From NCBI GenBank assembly GCA_052389415.1, contig JBQTHX010000034.1:13904-77903 (forward strand): DNA of 64,000 nt, given 5' to 3'. The notes under the pieces are model-generated. The model had not been told where the DNA came from. It worked only from the letters and a program-made list of their open reading frames with translations, and searched no databases. This stretch comes from Nitrosopumilaceae archaeon (GTDB lineage Archaea > Thermoproteota > Nitrososphaeria > Nitrososphaerales > Nitrosopumilaceae). Position 1 is the first letter of the stretch. The number at the start of each line of letters is the position of its first letter. The translations under genes and the position numbers were made by a program. Positions 47,895-57,967 of the stretch are shown one piece after another.

Positions 47895-48542
47895 TTGATG
47901 GGAGATAGAAATTACAGACACGTTATTACAGATGTATTAGAACGCATAAGTCATGATACAAAACTAGAAATTGAAAAGAATACCAAAATAATTCACTTTT
48001 CTGAAGTCGTAAGATGTTTGCGTCGTTCATATTTTGATCGAATAGATCCAATGGAACCAAAAGGACTCAGATTTTCGGATCTATTTAGAGAATTAATAAG
48101 AAAGATGCCATATGGTTCAATTCAGGGAGAATTCTCTGTAGACCCTGTAAAAATAAAGATTATTGCAGACATGATGGTTGACGACATTGTCATAATCTTT
48201 CGCCCAGTTTCTAAACTACCAGAAAAACTAATTCCCAGTGATGCGCTCTATCTGAATGCATGTCTTTGGATTCTCAAGAAGACTGATGGAATAGTATTAT
48301 ATCTTACAGAAAACGGTGACGAGGTATCATTTACTTTGATTCGTGATAATAAGATGTTTGAAGAATCTATACGTAGAGTAAAAATTTTGAATAGCTTGCT
48401 TGAAGAGAAAAAAATTCCAGTTCTAGAACCATCGTCAGAGTGCAACACTTGTCAGTATTATGAAAAATGCTATGCCAAGGAAAAGAAACCAGTTAGTTTC
48501 TCTATAGAGTCTTTGCTAGGTTTTAAGGATAAAGAAGATTAA
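47895..48542 (+). CDS. Solo Cas4-like PD-(D/E)xK-fold Fe-S protein, degenerate active site
   Basis: IHFSEVVRCLRRSYF plus C-terminal CNTCQYYEKC (1+3 Cys). Confidence 0.7.
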   Translation: MMGDRNYRHVITDVLERISHDTKLEIEKNTKIIHFSEVVRCLRRSYFDRIDPMEPKGLRFSDLFRELIRKMPYGSIQGEFSVDPVKIKIIADMMVDDIVIIFRPVSKLPEKLIPSDALYLNACLWILKKTDGIVLYLTENGDEVSFTLIRDNKMFEESIRRVKILNSLLEEKKIPVLEPSSECNTCQYYEKCYAKEKKPVSFSIESLLGFKDKED

Positions 48543-48566
48543 AAAATTTCGAAGGGAATTGGTTCC

Positions 48567-48683
48567 CTATTCTGGGCCAGTAGCTGCAACTGAGTGGCCT
48601 TTGCCGCGTAATGCAAATAACAATACACCAAAGGCGATGAATACGCCTGTAGTTATTGTATATGCTATCATCAATTCTGCCAT
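48567..48683 (-). CDS. Small single-TM protein, 38 aa
   Basis: MAELMIAYTITTGVFIAFGVLLFALRGKGHSVAATGPE; internal ATG of the tracked ORF. Confidence 0.55.
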   Translation of the reverse strand: MAELMIAYTITTGVFIAFGVLLFALRGKGHSVAATGPE

Positions 48684-48784
48684 GTTAAGGAATTTCCTTT
48701 CTAGAATCTTATATCGTTTATCTAAATAAGTTTCATTTTTTACAAATAATCTCATTTTTTGGATTTTATGATATTAAAGGCATC

Positions 48785-49342
48785 TCATTTGACAAAATCA
48801 AAGACTACCGAGTCTGCCAATCCACTAAATGCAGAAGTTGTGCTATAGAACGCTTCACCATGGATTCTCCATTGTGGAGTACCCTCTTGCAAAGTTAACC
48901 AAAATTCTGGATTGTTTCCTGTGTTTTTGATTGTGATTTTATTGCTTATAGCAAGTGATGATTTGGATAAAACCGTATAATAATTTGAACTTGCGTATTG
49001 TCCAGAGAGCCTTTCTCCAATTTGTCCATATCCAACTTTTACATCATTTTCAAAAATATCAAAACTTATCATTTCTAACAAGATTGGTTTATCATTTGGA
49101 TTTGAAATGTCAAATTCAAACTCTAATTCAGTTTCTTTTTCGGATACTGACAGGACAGAAATATTGTTTAGCTGAACACTTAGTGGTTGAATTTCTGAAG
49201 AAATGGTATTTAGTGTGCCTGGAAGTTTAACATCTTTTGGCACGATACTCTTCAGGAGATCTGAGCCTGGCAAAACTGCGACAGCTATTATGATTGCAGC
49301 AAAAATTCCAACCGCTATGCCTACTATAGGTTTTCTGTTCAC
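48785..49342 (-). CDS. LEA_2/WHy domain membrane-anchored protein
   Basis: TM anchor; FDISNPNDKPILLEMISFDIFENDVKVGYG. Confidence 0.75.
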   Translation of the reverse strand: MNRKPIVGIAVGIFAAIIIAVAVLPGSDLLKSIVPKDVKLPGTLNTISSEIQPLSVQLNNISVLSVSEKETELEFEFDISNPNDKPILLEMISFDIFENDVKVGYGQIGERLSGQYASSNYYTVLSKSSLAISNKITIKNTGNNPEFWLTLQEGTPQWRIHGEAFYSTTSAFSGLADSVVFDFVK

Positions 49343-49417
49343 TAAACTTATGAAATTAGTTCTTCTCTTAAACGTTGAGTTGAAAAGGCTTTAATTAAAA
49401 CTTGAGAAAATAATTTT

Positions 49418-49732
49418 GTGCAATATCATCAAGCAGTAAGAATAGGACAGGAAAGGGCTAGGAAATCTCAGATGAATCTTTTCAATCATGCAGGATTTGC
49501 TATGTTAACACTTACTGTAAAAAAATCAGAAGGAAAGTTTGTTCCAGTTGGAGAAAAGGAGTTTGTCGCAGTTGTGAGCAAATATGATGGGTGGCTTGCT
49601 GTCATCGTTGATGAGGAAGGATATGCAAAAGCACAATCCAAAGTTATGGAAGAGGAAGCAGCACGGGAGATTATGAAAAAAGCCATATCTGCAGGAATTC
49701 CTGAATATGATGGAAAAGTCAAGCTAGTATAA
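49418..49732 (+). CDS. Hypothetical protein
   Basis: 104-aa ORF filling the gap; no motif recognised. Confidence 0.65.
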   Translation: MQYHQAVRIGQERARKSQMNLFNHAGFAMLTLTVKKSEGKFVPVGEKEFVAVVSKYDGWLAVIVDEEGYAKAQSKVMEEEAAREIMKKAISAGIPEYDGKVKLV

Positions 49733-50396
49733 TTTCAGTTCCTTCGGGAGAACCTTTTATTGCCTTTTCTAAGATCTTGATATCTGTCTTTATAATTCGT
49801 GTCTTGATTTTTGACCTTTCAATTACCTTCAATGCTACTATATCCATCAGATCGTAACCGCCAGCAATCGATTCTTGATGTACAAGCATTTTGCGAAGTT
49901 GTTTAATCTCAATTCGTTTGAACTTTTTTGCGTTCTTATTTTTGTTAGGATCAGAATCATAGATTCCGTCTACATCTGTCGCATTCAGAAATATTGAAGC
50001 ATGAACTTTCTCTGCAATAAGAGCAGCAGTGGCGTTTGTGCTCTGACCTGGATGAAGACCACCAGTTATGACAATTAGTCCACTATCAGCTGCGTGTGTT
50101 ACTTCCTTTAGATTAGTAGGAGGATGTGGGTATGCCTTGTCCTGTATTGCATAAATCAGAAGCTTTGCGTTTAATCTAGACACTTCTATTCCAAGTTCGT
50201 CTAGAGTTGACTCGTCTGCACCAGATGACCTTGCATGAGAGATGTAGTGTCTTGCAATTTTACCTCCACCTGCCACTACAATAGGCTGACAAAATTTGCT
50301 AATTCTAACAAAAAATGCTGCATAATCTTTCAAGATTTTTGAATCATCAATTCCAAACAATTTTCCAGATAATTTTATTACAATTCTTTTTTTCAT
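49719..50396 (-). CDS. pyrH: UMP kinase
   Basis: IKLSG, GGGKIAR, PGQST and [11 protein letters not shown] motifs. Confidence 0.93.
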   Translation of the reverse strand: MKKRIVIKLSGKLFGIDDSKILKDYAAFFVRISKFCQPIVVAGGGKIARHYISHARSSGADESTLDELGIEVSRLNAKLLIYAIQDKAYPHPPTNLKEVTHAADSGLIVITGGLHPGQSTNATAALIAEKVHASIFLNATDVDGIYDSDPNKNKNAKKFKRIEIKQLRKMLVHQESIAGGYDLMDIVALKVIERSKIKTRIIKTDIKILEKAIKGSPEGTEIILA

Positions 50397-51637
50397 GATT
50401 TGTTTTCACCAAGGATGATTTGTGCTGCAATTTCAACCTTTTTTCTATTTTTTTCTGCAGTATAAACTCTTAACAAGTTCATGAAACCTGATATTGCAGA
50501 GACTAATGGTATCTCTGAAATTGGAAGCTCATAGCCCTCCTTTTGTGAACCTTTTTTTGATGTCAGTATTATTGATTGAGATTCTTTTTTAGAAGGTGTG
50601 AGCGGAATAGTTGGAGTTGTTGACATGTCAATGAAGATTTCGGATTCTTCTATTTTGGATTTTCTAGAAATTTCTTTTCTTATTTCTGATGATTTTATGC
50701 CAAGGCTTTCTTTATGTTTTAGAACTTTTTCAAATACGCATTTGAGTAACCGACGATTCTGATAATCCTTTGCAAGCTTGCTTGCTCTTTTTAGATCTGA
50801 CGATGTTTGAGGCAATGCTGAAAGTTTTGAAATGACAACTTCATCTGTCAATTGGATATATTTGTCAAGATCATATGAGGAAAATTCTAATTCATCATCT
50901 GCAAGACTCATTGATTCTAGTAACATTACTTCAGCTGATCGTACAGTTTTATGAAAATAAACAGCTTTGAACATTTGATATCGTGAGATCATCATGGATT
51001 CAAATGAATAAAGCGAAGATCTGTCAAGAGAAAGTTTTTTTTCGTACACTCCAAGAGATTGAACTATTCTTTTAAAATCAATTTTTGCATGTTCAGCGCC
51101 AGTAAAGTATCCATCCCTTGGAAGATAATCCATCATATCTGCACTCAGTCCTCCTGAGATGATTTCATTCATGAATTGATGCTTTGAATTACCAAAAGCT
51201 AATTGGGTCAGAAACTTTTTATCAAAACCATATTTTGATAGAAAATCTCCAATTTCAGTCTGCAGTATGATCTTTTTGCCAATTTCTTCATGTGTGATTT
51301 TCTTTTTCTTTTGTAAAACTTCTTCAAATAGATGGGAAAATGGTCCATGACCAACATCATGTAATAACCCACCTAGTCGAAGATCTGCAACATCATCTGA
51401 ATTCAAAAATCCCCTATCTTTGAGAACATCGGATGCTTGTCCAGCTATATGCATTACCCCAAGAGAATGTTCAAATCTTGAATGTTGGGCGCTAGGATAA
51501 ACAAGATGTGCACCTGCTAGCTGTCGTATTCTACGTAATCTTTGGAAGATTGCTGTATCAATTACTTTAATCTCCGGTTCATAGATTCTGATAAAATCAT
51601 GAATCGGATCAATTATCTCAAGATATTTTTTTGTCAT
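50393..51637 (-). CDS. HD-domain dNTP triphosphohydrolase (SAMHD1-like)
   Basis: [34 protein letters not shown] and VYFHK motifs. Confidence 0.9.
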   Translation of the reverse strand: MTKKYLEIIDPIHDFIRIYEPEIKVIDTAIFQRLRRIRQLAGAHLVYPSAQHSRFEHSLGVMHIAGQASDVLKDRGFLNSDDVADLRLGGLLHDVGHGPFSHLFEEVLQKKKKITHEEIGKKIILQTEIGDFLSKYGFDKKFLTQLAFGNSKHQFMNEIISGGLSADMMDYLPRDGYFTGAEHAKIDFKRIVQSLGVYEKKLSLDRSSLYSFESMMISRYQMFKAVYFHKTVRSAEVMLLESMSLADDELEFSSYDLDKYIQLTDEVVISKLSALPQTSSDLKRASKLAKDYQNRRLLKCVFEKVLKHKESLGIKSSEIRKEISRKSKIEESEIFIDMSTTPTIPLTPSKKESQSIILTSKKGSQKEGYELPISEIPLVSAISGFMNLLRVYTAEKNRKKVEIAAQIILGENKS

Positions 51638-51641
51638 TTTG

Positions 51642-52223
51642 TCAATTAAGATATCTTAGAACAACTTCCATTACATCTTTATGGACTTTTGATTTGGTCT
51701 GTGAAGCGTCTACTATTTCCCACCCAAGTTCTTTTGCTAGAATTCTATAATTGTTAACGATTTTTTGTGCAAAATCTTTATTCTTTTCAAATTTGTCGCG
51801 CTGAATTTTTTTACGGTTAAAGGATTCTTTTGGTTTTACGTCAAGGACTATCACAAGATTCTCTTTTGGAAGACCTGCGTCTAGACCAGATAACCATTCT
51901 AATTCAAGACCATTTGTAATACCATAAACTAAATTGGATTGATAGTACCTATTCATGATAAGCACATAATCTTTTGAGAGAAATTTCTCTATCTCTTTTG
52001 ATTTTTCCCATCGGTTTGCAGCAAGAAGGCAATGAATCACTTGAGGTGGAAATTTCCTTTTTCCGCTCAGATAATTCTTGATTTCCTTTCCTATTGGAGT
52101 GGAATAATCAGGAAAGCTGAAAATTTTACATTTCAATTTTCTAGTCTTTAGTGATTTTGCAAGAAGTTTTGATTGTGTTCCTTTACCTGCTTGGTCAAAT
52201 CCTTCCAGTACTATTATCATCAA
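51642..52223 (-). CDS. tmk: Thymidylate kinase
   Basis: EGFDQAGKGTQ, ANRWE and NRYYQS motifs. Confidence 0.92.
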   Translation of the reverse strand: MMIIVLEGFDQAGKGTQSKLLAKSLKTRKLKCKIFSFPDYSTPIGKEIKNYLSGKRKFPPQVIHCLLAANRWEKSKEIEKFLSKDYVLIMNRYYQSNLVYGITNGLELEWLSGLDAGLPKENLVIVLDVKPKESFNRKKIQRDKFEKNKDFAQKIVNNYRILAKELGWEIVDASQTKSKVHKDVMEVVLRYLN

Positions 52224-52298
52224 ATTGTAATTAATAGAGTTCTAGATAAATTATGAATCTACAACGTTTATAACTAAAAAATACTTTATTACATAAAG

Positions 52299-52682
52299 AT
52301 GGGTCTAGTACATCACATGGCAAAAGAAGTCCTGAAGGAAATAGGCAATAAATCACGAGAATTTTACGAGTTTGTATTACCACCTATAGACATAATGCTA
52401 GATGATGAGAGTTTAATTGTTACAGTAGATTTACCAGGCTTTGATAAGAAGGATATCAAATTGAGAATAAATGGAAATATTCTTTCCATAACCGCAAAAC
52501 GAGAGACAGTTCATGATGGAACAATGATCTGGCACCAACGACCACATGAAGTGGATAAAAAAATTAGACTTCCCATAGATGTGAAAGAAGGTGAGGAAGC
52601 CGTTGGTTCTGCTAAATATCTTCATGGTGTTTTGACACTAAAGATTCCCACTAAGAATGGAAAAGATATTACAATAGAATAG
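52299..52682 (+). CDS. Small heat-shock protein (Hsp20 family)
   Basis: VDLPGFDKKDI and AKYLHGVLTLKIP motifs. Confidence 0.92.
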   Translation: MGLVHHMAKEVLKEIGNKSREFYEFVLPPIDIMLDDESLIVTVDLPGFDKKDIKLRINGNILSITAKRETVHDGTMIWHQRPHEVDKKIRLPIDVKEGEEAVGSAKYLHGVLTLKIPTKNGKDITIE

Positions 52683-54197
52683 CTAACGTCTTCTAAAAAG
52701 TGCAGATATCGCCATTATAATTATAGATACTATCATACCAATTTGTCCTGCAAATTCATTTGTGGTATATAGTACTGCAGAGCCAACAAAGACTGCAGAT
52801 GAAAGGATGCTTCCTGAAAGCAAGATACTTCCGGGATATCTTGGTATAATATTTTGAAATGATCTGTTATCATCAAGATATCGTTTGAGTTCAGGTGCTA
52901 TCGATATGGTAGCATCAATTGATTTTGCAAATCTGTTTATAGAATGTTTTAGTTCTTCCACATATGCATCTTTGATAAGATGTTCTTCTTCCAAAATGTT
53001 ACGCAAGACATTAACAAATCTAAATTTTACTTTGTGGGTGAGATAGATTCCTTCAAGAATTGTGGCCATTCTCATATAAAGTGCCAAGTGTTTTGGAAGC
53101 TTGAATGGAAATTTGCTCATGGTTTTATTTGCCAATTCCATTAATGCCCGTACTTCCATTGTGTCAGGTTTTTTTCCATGCATTGCCTGAATTGACATTT
53201 CTATTCCCTTTTCAATTACACTTGAGTTAAAACCAGGAACAAGCATGCCAAGCTCATTCATTGCGTTTACTGTTCTGGGAGGATCCTTTTCAACTAGTGA
53301 GAGATATAATCGAATTAACTTTAGTCGTGTTTCGTTGTCTAACCTTCCTACCATGCCAAAATCGTAGAGAATTAGAGAACCATCGTTTGTCACAGAAATG
53401 TTCCCAGGATGAGGATCCGCATGGAATATTTCGTGATGTAAAAGCATCGTGAAAAAGACCTTGTGTGCTTTGACAATGATCTGCTCTCTATCTATTCCAG
53501 CTTCATCTAATGCCTTTACATTAGTTATTTTGATTCCTGGGATGTACTCCATTGTTAGTACATGTTCTGAAGAGTGGTCATCCAACACAGAAGGAATCAC
53601 TACTTTTGGATAATTACGCATGTTTCTCTTTATTGTCTTTAGATTTTGTGATTCTATTCTATAATCCATCTCTTCATGTATTGTCTCTATGAATTGTAGT
53701 AGCATTGCCTCTGCAGAATAGCGCAAGTTTGGATCTACAAATTTCATTGCTATGGGAAGAAATTTTTTGAGAATCTTGATGTCTTCTTCTACAATTTTGT
53801 CAATGTTTGGTCTTTGAACCTTTATGATGACGTCTTTTTCTTTTATTTTGGCAAGATATACTTGCCCAAGAGATGCACCAGAAACAACATTAGTATCGAT
53901 GTGATCAAAGTTTTGTTCAATAGGACCAAGATCTTTTTCAATTATTGGTTTAACCTGGTCAAAGGGAACTGCTGGTACATCGTCTTGTAATTTTGCAAGT
54001 TCTTCCATGTATGGTTGTGGCAAAATGTCCGCTCTTGAAGAAAGCCATTGACCAAGTTTGATGTAAACCGGTCCAAGACTCACAAAAGCATTAAGAACTT
54101 TTTGCGCATTTTTTTGATATCTCTCTGTCTTGATGTTTTTACCTTCTCTTTTGACCCAATCTCTTCTGTCTTTTCGAAGTGTTAAAATAAGTGGCAA
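52683..54197 (-). CDS. UbiB/ABC1 atypical kinase; may start further upstream (~54239)
   Basis: LGPVYIKLGQ, ASLGQV, KVQRP, HADPHPGN and DFGM motifs. Confidence 0.92.
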   Translation of the reverse strand: MPLILTLRKDRRDWVKREGKNIKTERYQKNAQKVLNAFVSLGPVYIKLGQWLSSRADILPQPYMEELAKLQDDVPAVPFDQVKPIIEKDLGPIEQNFDHIDTNVVSGASLGQVYLAKIKEKDVIIKVQRPNIDKIVEEDIKILKKFLPIAMKFVDPNLRYSAEAMLLQFIETIHEEMDYRIESQNLKTIKRNMRNYPKVVIPSVLDDHSSEHVLTMEYIPGIKITNVKALDEAGIDREQIIVKAHKVFFTMLLHHEIFHADPHPGNISVTNDGSLILYDFGMVGRLDNETRLKLIRLYLSLVEKDPPRTVNAMNELGMLVPGFNSSVIEKGIEMSIQAMHGKKPDTMEVRALMELANKTMSKFPFKLPKHLALYMRMATILEGIYLTHKVKFRFVNVLRNILEEEHLIKDAYVEELKHSINRFAKSIDATISIAPELKRYLDDNRSFQNIIPRYPGSILLSGSILSSAVFVGSAVLYTTNEFAGQIGMIVSIIIMAISALFRRR

Positions 54198-54249
54198 AAG
54201 TTTGAGAAAGACTTTGATGGTTCTTTTTTTTGAAAAGATTGATCTACTC

Positions 54250-54633
54250 CTATAAATTTTTGATCTTCTTTGTCAGAGAATAACCAACGTATCCAAGTGC
54301 TATTGATGCTAGAAATCCTGTAAGTAAAGAGAGATTTTTTGAATCTTTTCTAATTTTATAGATTTGTGATGCAATGTTTTTGCCGCCAATTGTAGCACTT
54401 ACAAGGCCGACTAGAATTTCGGGAGCATCAAATATCAGATGACCTAAAGGATCTTTTCTTGGATCTACCTTGTCCACGTGAAGCAGATATTTGTCATCAT
54501 ATTCTCTGATGTGCAAGTTACCATATCGATATTGTTTATTTGCGCCATTTTTTTGGCCCAGTCTTGTTTCTTGAGCATGTTCAAGCATAAAAGGTCTGAT
54601 TTCTTTTGGGACCTCAATTTCATCCCAAGTCAT
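54250..54633 (-). CDS. Hypothetical membrane-associated protein
   Basis: QYRYGNLHIREY..HVDKVDPRKDPLGHL; C-terminal TM. Confidence 0.7.
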   Translation of the reverse strand: MTWDEIEVPKEIRPFMLEHAQETRLGQKNGANKQYRYGNLHIREYDDKYLLHVDKVDPRKDPLGHLIFDAPEILVGLVSATIGGKNIASQIYKIRKDSKNLSLLTGFLASIALGYVGYSLTKKIKNL

Positions 54634-54663
54634 GAAGAAAAATCTCTTGTACTAAATATAACT

Positions 54664-55965
54664 TTAGCTTGTTTGATTCAGTGGTTTCTTCTTTCGCTTT
54701 TTTATTCTAGTGTATGCAAGTACTCCAATTCCTGCTATCACACCCAAAATAATGAATGGTCCAAACTCTGCAAAGTTGCTTTTCTCCTCTTTTGGCATAC
54801 CCTTATAGAATATTGTGGTATCGTATGAAATCATATTTTCATTTCGTAAAGAATCCTTGTAGCGTACAATAATACGTACGTCGTGTTCACCTTCTCTTGC
54901 TTCACCATCAAATTCAATTGGAATGTTAAATGGTACAGGCGAATCTGGTTCTAGTTTGTCAATATACTGACTAGTTTTCTTGATGTTAGAATCTCCGAGT
55001 GGTTCTAATATAACAAATGCAAACAGACCATCAACATTTCCTTCGTTAAGGACCTCACCAATTACAGTCTGTTTATTGGACAAAGTGATAACATCAACAT
55101 TGTAAATTGATGCACTTATCAATCCGTTAACGTAAAAGTCGATAGTTCTGAGAACTGTTTTGGCTTCTCCATGTTCGTTAAAATAAGTTATTTCCATAGG
55201 GGCATGAAGTGTTTCATCTTTTAACCTGTCTGGTATGTAGACATTAAATTCAAAAGACTTTGTAGATTTTGGTTCAATATTTCCAATATTCCACTCATTT
55301 TGATCAAATACTGAATTTTCCAAATTTGTAACAGACTGTGCGGTAGCTGAAACACTTGTCTGTGTATTTTGCAAAACAACGCGAACATTAGATAATGCTG
55401 CGGTACCATCGTTTGAGATTTGAATCGTCACTGGATTATTTTTTATTGAAGTCAGGAAGGGATCTACTGATTTAATATTAAGAATACTTTTACCGGTAAC
55501 TTGAAAATCAAAGTTAAAGAAGGAATTTCTTGTTCCACTTTCTCTTAATCTTGAGAAATCTATCTTTACAGTGCCAGGATATTGTCCAATCTTGATATTC
55601 TTATCCAAATTAACATGGAAGGTTAGAGAAAAAATCTCACCAGCTAGAGCCACGTTACCAGTGTCTGCCATTATTAGTCCATCCTTGGTATTCGATGAAG
55701 AGAATCCCATTGGTAAGGACAATTCTCCTCGAATTCCAGTGATATCCTGAGTTCCTACAGCAGACATGACGATTGTAAATGGAACGTTCATGTCACCTGG
55801 TTCTACCTCCATCTTGTCCCTAAAATTGCCAAAGTAAGCATTAAGGAATTTTATTTCTCCAAACTCTCTTGCAAATGGTGAATTTGATGTTGTTGTCTGT
55901 GCATATGCAGCACCAAATAATTGCCCTATCAAGAATAATCCAAGTAATGCAAGTAATTTTCTCAT
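54664..55965 (-). CDS. COG1361-type exported Ig-like protein with C-terminal TM
   Basis: Signal peptide, NxGT..IGNIEP repeats, TM + KKRKKK; ABC operon context. Confidence 0.75.
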   Translation of the reverse strand: MRKLLALLGLFLIGQLFGAAYAQTTTSNSPFAREFGEIKFLNAYFGNFRDKMEVEPGDMNVPFTIVMSAVGTQDITGIRGELSLPMGFSSSNTKDGLIMADTGNVALAGEIFSLTFHVNLDKNIKIGQYPGTVKIDFSRLRESGTRNSFFNFDFQVTGKSILNIKSVDPFLTSIKNNPVTIQISNDGTAALSNVRVVLQNTQTSVSATAQSVTNLENSVFDQNEWNIGNIEPKSTKSFEFNVYIPDRLKDETLHAPMEITYFNEHGEAKTVLRTIDFYVNGLISASIYNVDVITLSNKQTVIGEVLNEGNVDGLFAFVILEPLGDSNIKKTSQYIDKLEPDSPVPFNIPIEFDGEAREGEHDVRIIVRYKDSLRNENMISYDTTIFYKGMPKEEKSNFAEFGPFIILGVIAGIGVLAYTRIKKRKKKPLNQTS

Positions 55966-56654
55966 GAGACAGCTACCTCCATTCCTTCTTGTTTTTCTTC
56001 AAAAGCACGACCGTCCTTTATTGTAATTACCCTATCGACGTCCCCAAATTGGTGTCGGTCATGTGTGACTATAATGAAAGTTTGTCCTAATTTTTTTACA
56101 AGAGATTTCATGAGTTGTATAATTATTTCAGCGGTAACTGAATCCAAGTTGCCTGTTGGTTCATCTGCTAAAACTATTGATGGATTGTTAATTAGACCTC
56201 TTGCGATGGCCGCTCTTTGAGCTTGACCTCCAGATATTTTATTAGCACGGTTGTTCATTTGTTTTTCAAGACCAACTGTTCTTAGGAGTTTTTTTGCTTC
56301 ATCAACAGCGGTTGCATCGGTTCTTTGGATTTTTCTTGGTAAAAGAATATTTTCTAAAACTGTTAGATCTGATAGAAGATTTGCAAATTGAAAAACAAAT
56401 CCTAACTTGGAATTTCTAAATGACGATATTTGGTTATCATTAAGAGTAGTTGTCTCAACTCCATCAAGAAAGATAGTACCGCTGGTAGGGCGATCTAATA
56501 ATCCAATCATGTTTAGTAATGTAGATTTACCAGAACCAGAGCTACCTACAATAAGAAGTAATTCTCCCCTGTTAACTGTAAAGGATACGTCATTGAGTGC
56601 GTGAACTGCGGTTTCACCCTCACCATACGTCTTGGTCAAATTTCTAACCTCCAA
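55962..56654 (-). CDS. ABC ATPase, LolD/MacB type
   Basis: GSSGSGKST, GFVFQ, ISGGQ and ADEPTGNLD motifs. Confidence 0.92.
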   Translation of the reverse strand: MEVRNLTKTYGEGETAVHALNDVSFTVNRGELLLIVGSSGSGKSTLLNMIGLLDRPTSGTIFLDGVETTTLNDNQISSFRNSKLGFVFQFANLLSDLTVLENILLPRKIQRTDATAVDEAKKLLRTVGLEKQMNNRANKISGGQAQRAAIARGLINNPSIVLADEPTGNLDSVTAEIIIQLMKSLVKKLGQTFIIVTHDRHQFGDVDRVITIKDGRAFEEKQEGMEVAVS

Positions 56655-56661
56655 AACTCCT

Positions 56662-57849
56662 TTAGACAGATCTCATTGCCTCCACTGGTAAGAGTCGAGT
56701 CGCTCTGTATGCAGGATATATTGAAGCTACTACTGCTAATGCAAATGAGGTCAGAGCAGTTTGTCCTATTTTTTCCCAATTATAGGTGACTTCCAAGGCC
56801 AAACTTCCCTCAAATTGCATTTTTGTTTCTTTTGCATAGAAAGTATATACCAAACCAAGACCAGTTCCTGCTGCTGCCCCTATTGCTCCAATTATCATTC
56901 CCTGAAACAAAAATAAAATAAGAACATCTTTTCTTTTTGCTCCTATTGCTCTCATAATCCCTATCTCTCTAGTTTTGCTAGATACAAGCATCATCTGAAT
57001 TGTTACAATAGCAAATGCGGAAGACATCATTCCAAAGTATCCAATAAGATTTATCAAAGCAATACCTGATCTAAAACCGCTAAGTTGTGTTTCTGCAGAT
57101 TCCTCTATTGTTTCTGCTTTGAAATCGTCAGATGGAAATGATCTCAAAAAGAAATCTTTGATCTCCGTTGCTTTTGTTGGATCACTTAGTTTTACTAGAA
57201 TAGCTCCAGTTTCATCAGTTCTATCAAGTATGCTTCGCAACGTGTCAATGTGAACAATAACACTGGTATCTAGTCCTTGTCCACCTGCAGACGAAGTTAT
57301 TCCAGTTACGATAAATCGCTTTAGCTGATCTTCTCCATGACTATCTACAAACTTTAATCTTACATTATCACCAACTTCAATTCCACCAAGATCACGTGCT
57401 ACTCTAGAACCCATTACTAGCGAATTTCTAGAAAAAACAAATTGGCCATCACCCACTGTATTGTGGATGGTAGATGCTTGTGTGTCTCTTAATGGATCAA
57501 CCCCGACTACTGGAATTCTATGTTCTTCGGATCTTTTTCCTAATTTTGTCGCATTTATCGAAGCGGATGCATCTAATCTTGATGTAGCACCTTCAACTCC
57601 GGGAATTCTTTCAAACCAATTTATCAATGCAATATCATTTTTATCGATATAATCTTCTTCGTTAGTTACTAGAATATCTCCAAATCTGTAATCTTTCAGA
57701 TCCCTAACAATTGCATCATACAATCCTTGAAAAATTACGAAATTTACATGAATTACAAGTATTCCTACAGATACTGCCAAGACAGCCCCTATGAGACTCC
57801 CTTTCTTGTTAGTCAGCATTCTTTTTGCTAGATGAATTCGGTAATCCAT
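56662..57849 (-). CDS. ABC permease, LolC/E/FtsX type
   Basis: KTREIGIMRAIGA and YPAYRATRLLPVEAMR motifs. Confidence 0.92.
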   Translation of the reverse strand: MDYRIHLAKRMLTNKKGSLIGAVLAVSVGILVIHVNFVIFQGLYDAIVRDLKDYRFGDILVTNEEDYIDKNDIALINWFERIPGVEGATSRLDASASINATKLGKRSEEHRIPVVGVDPLRDTQASTIHNTVGDGQFVFSRNSLVMGSRVARDLGGIEVGDNVRLKFVDSHGEDQLKRFIVTGITSSAGGQGLDTSVIVHIDTLRSILDRTDETGAILVKLSDPTKATEIKDFFLRSFPSDDFKAETIEESAETQLSGFRSGIALINLIGYFGMMSSAFAIVTIQMMLVSSKTREIGIMRAIGAKRKDVLILFLFQGMIIGAIGAAAGTGLGLVYTFYAKETKMQFEGSLALEVTYNWEKIGQTALTSFALAVVASIYPAYRATRLLPVEAMRSV

Positions 57850-57967
57850 AAGATCCTATTGAAATAGTCTGATATTTAATGTATATGACGTATTAGAATG
57901 ATATATACGACATTTTTATTAATGAATAGTATCTTTGTATTATCAAATGAGGTTACAGGGTTAGAAA

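Noticed and set aside
47895-48542. CRISPR-Cas locus
   Set aside because: Lone Cas4-like gene with no cas1/cas2 or array
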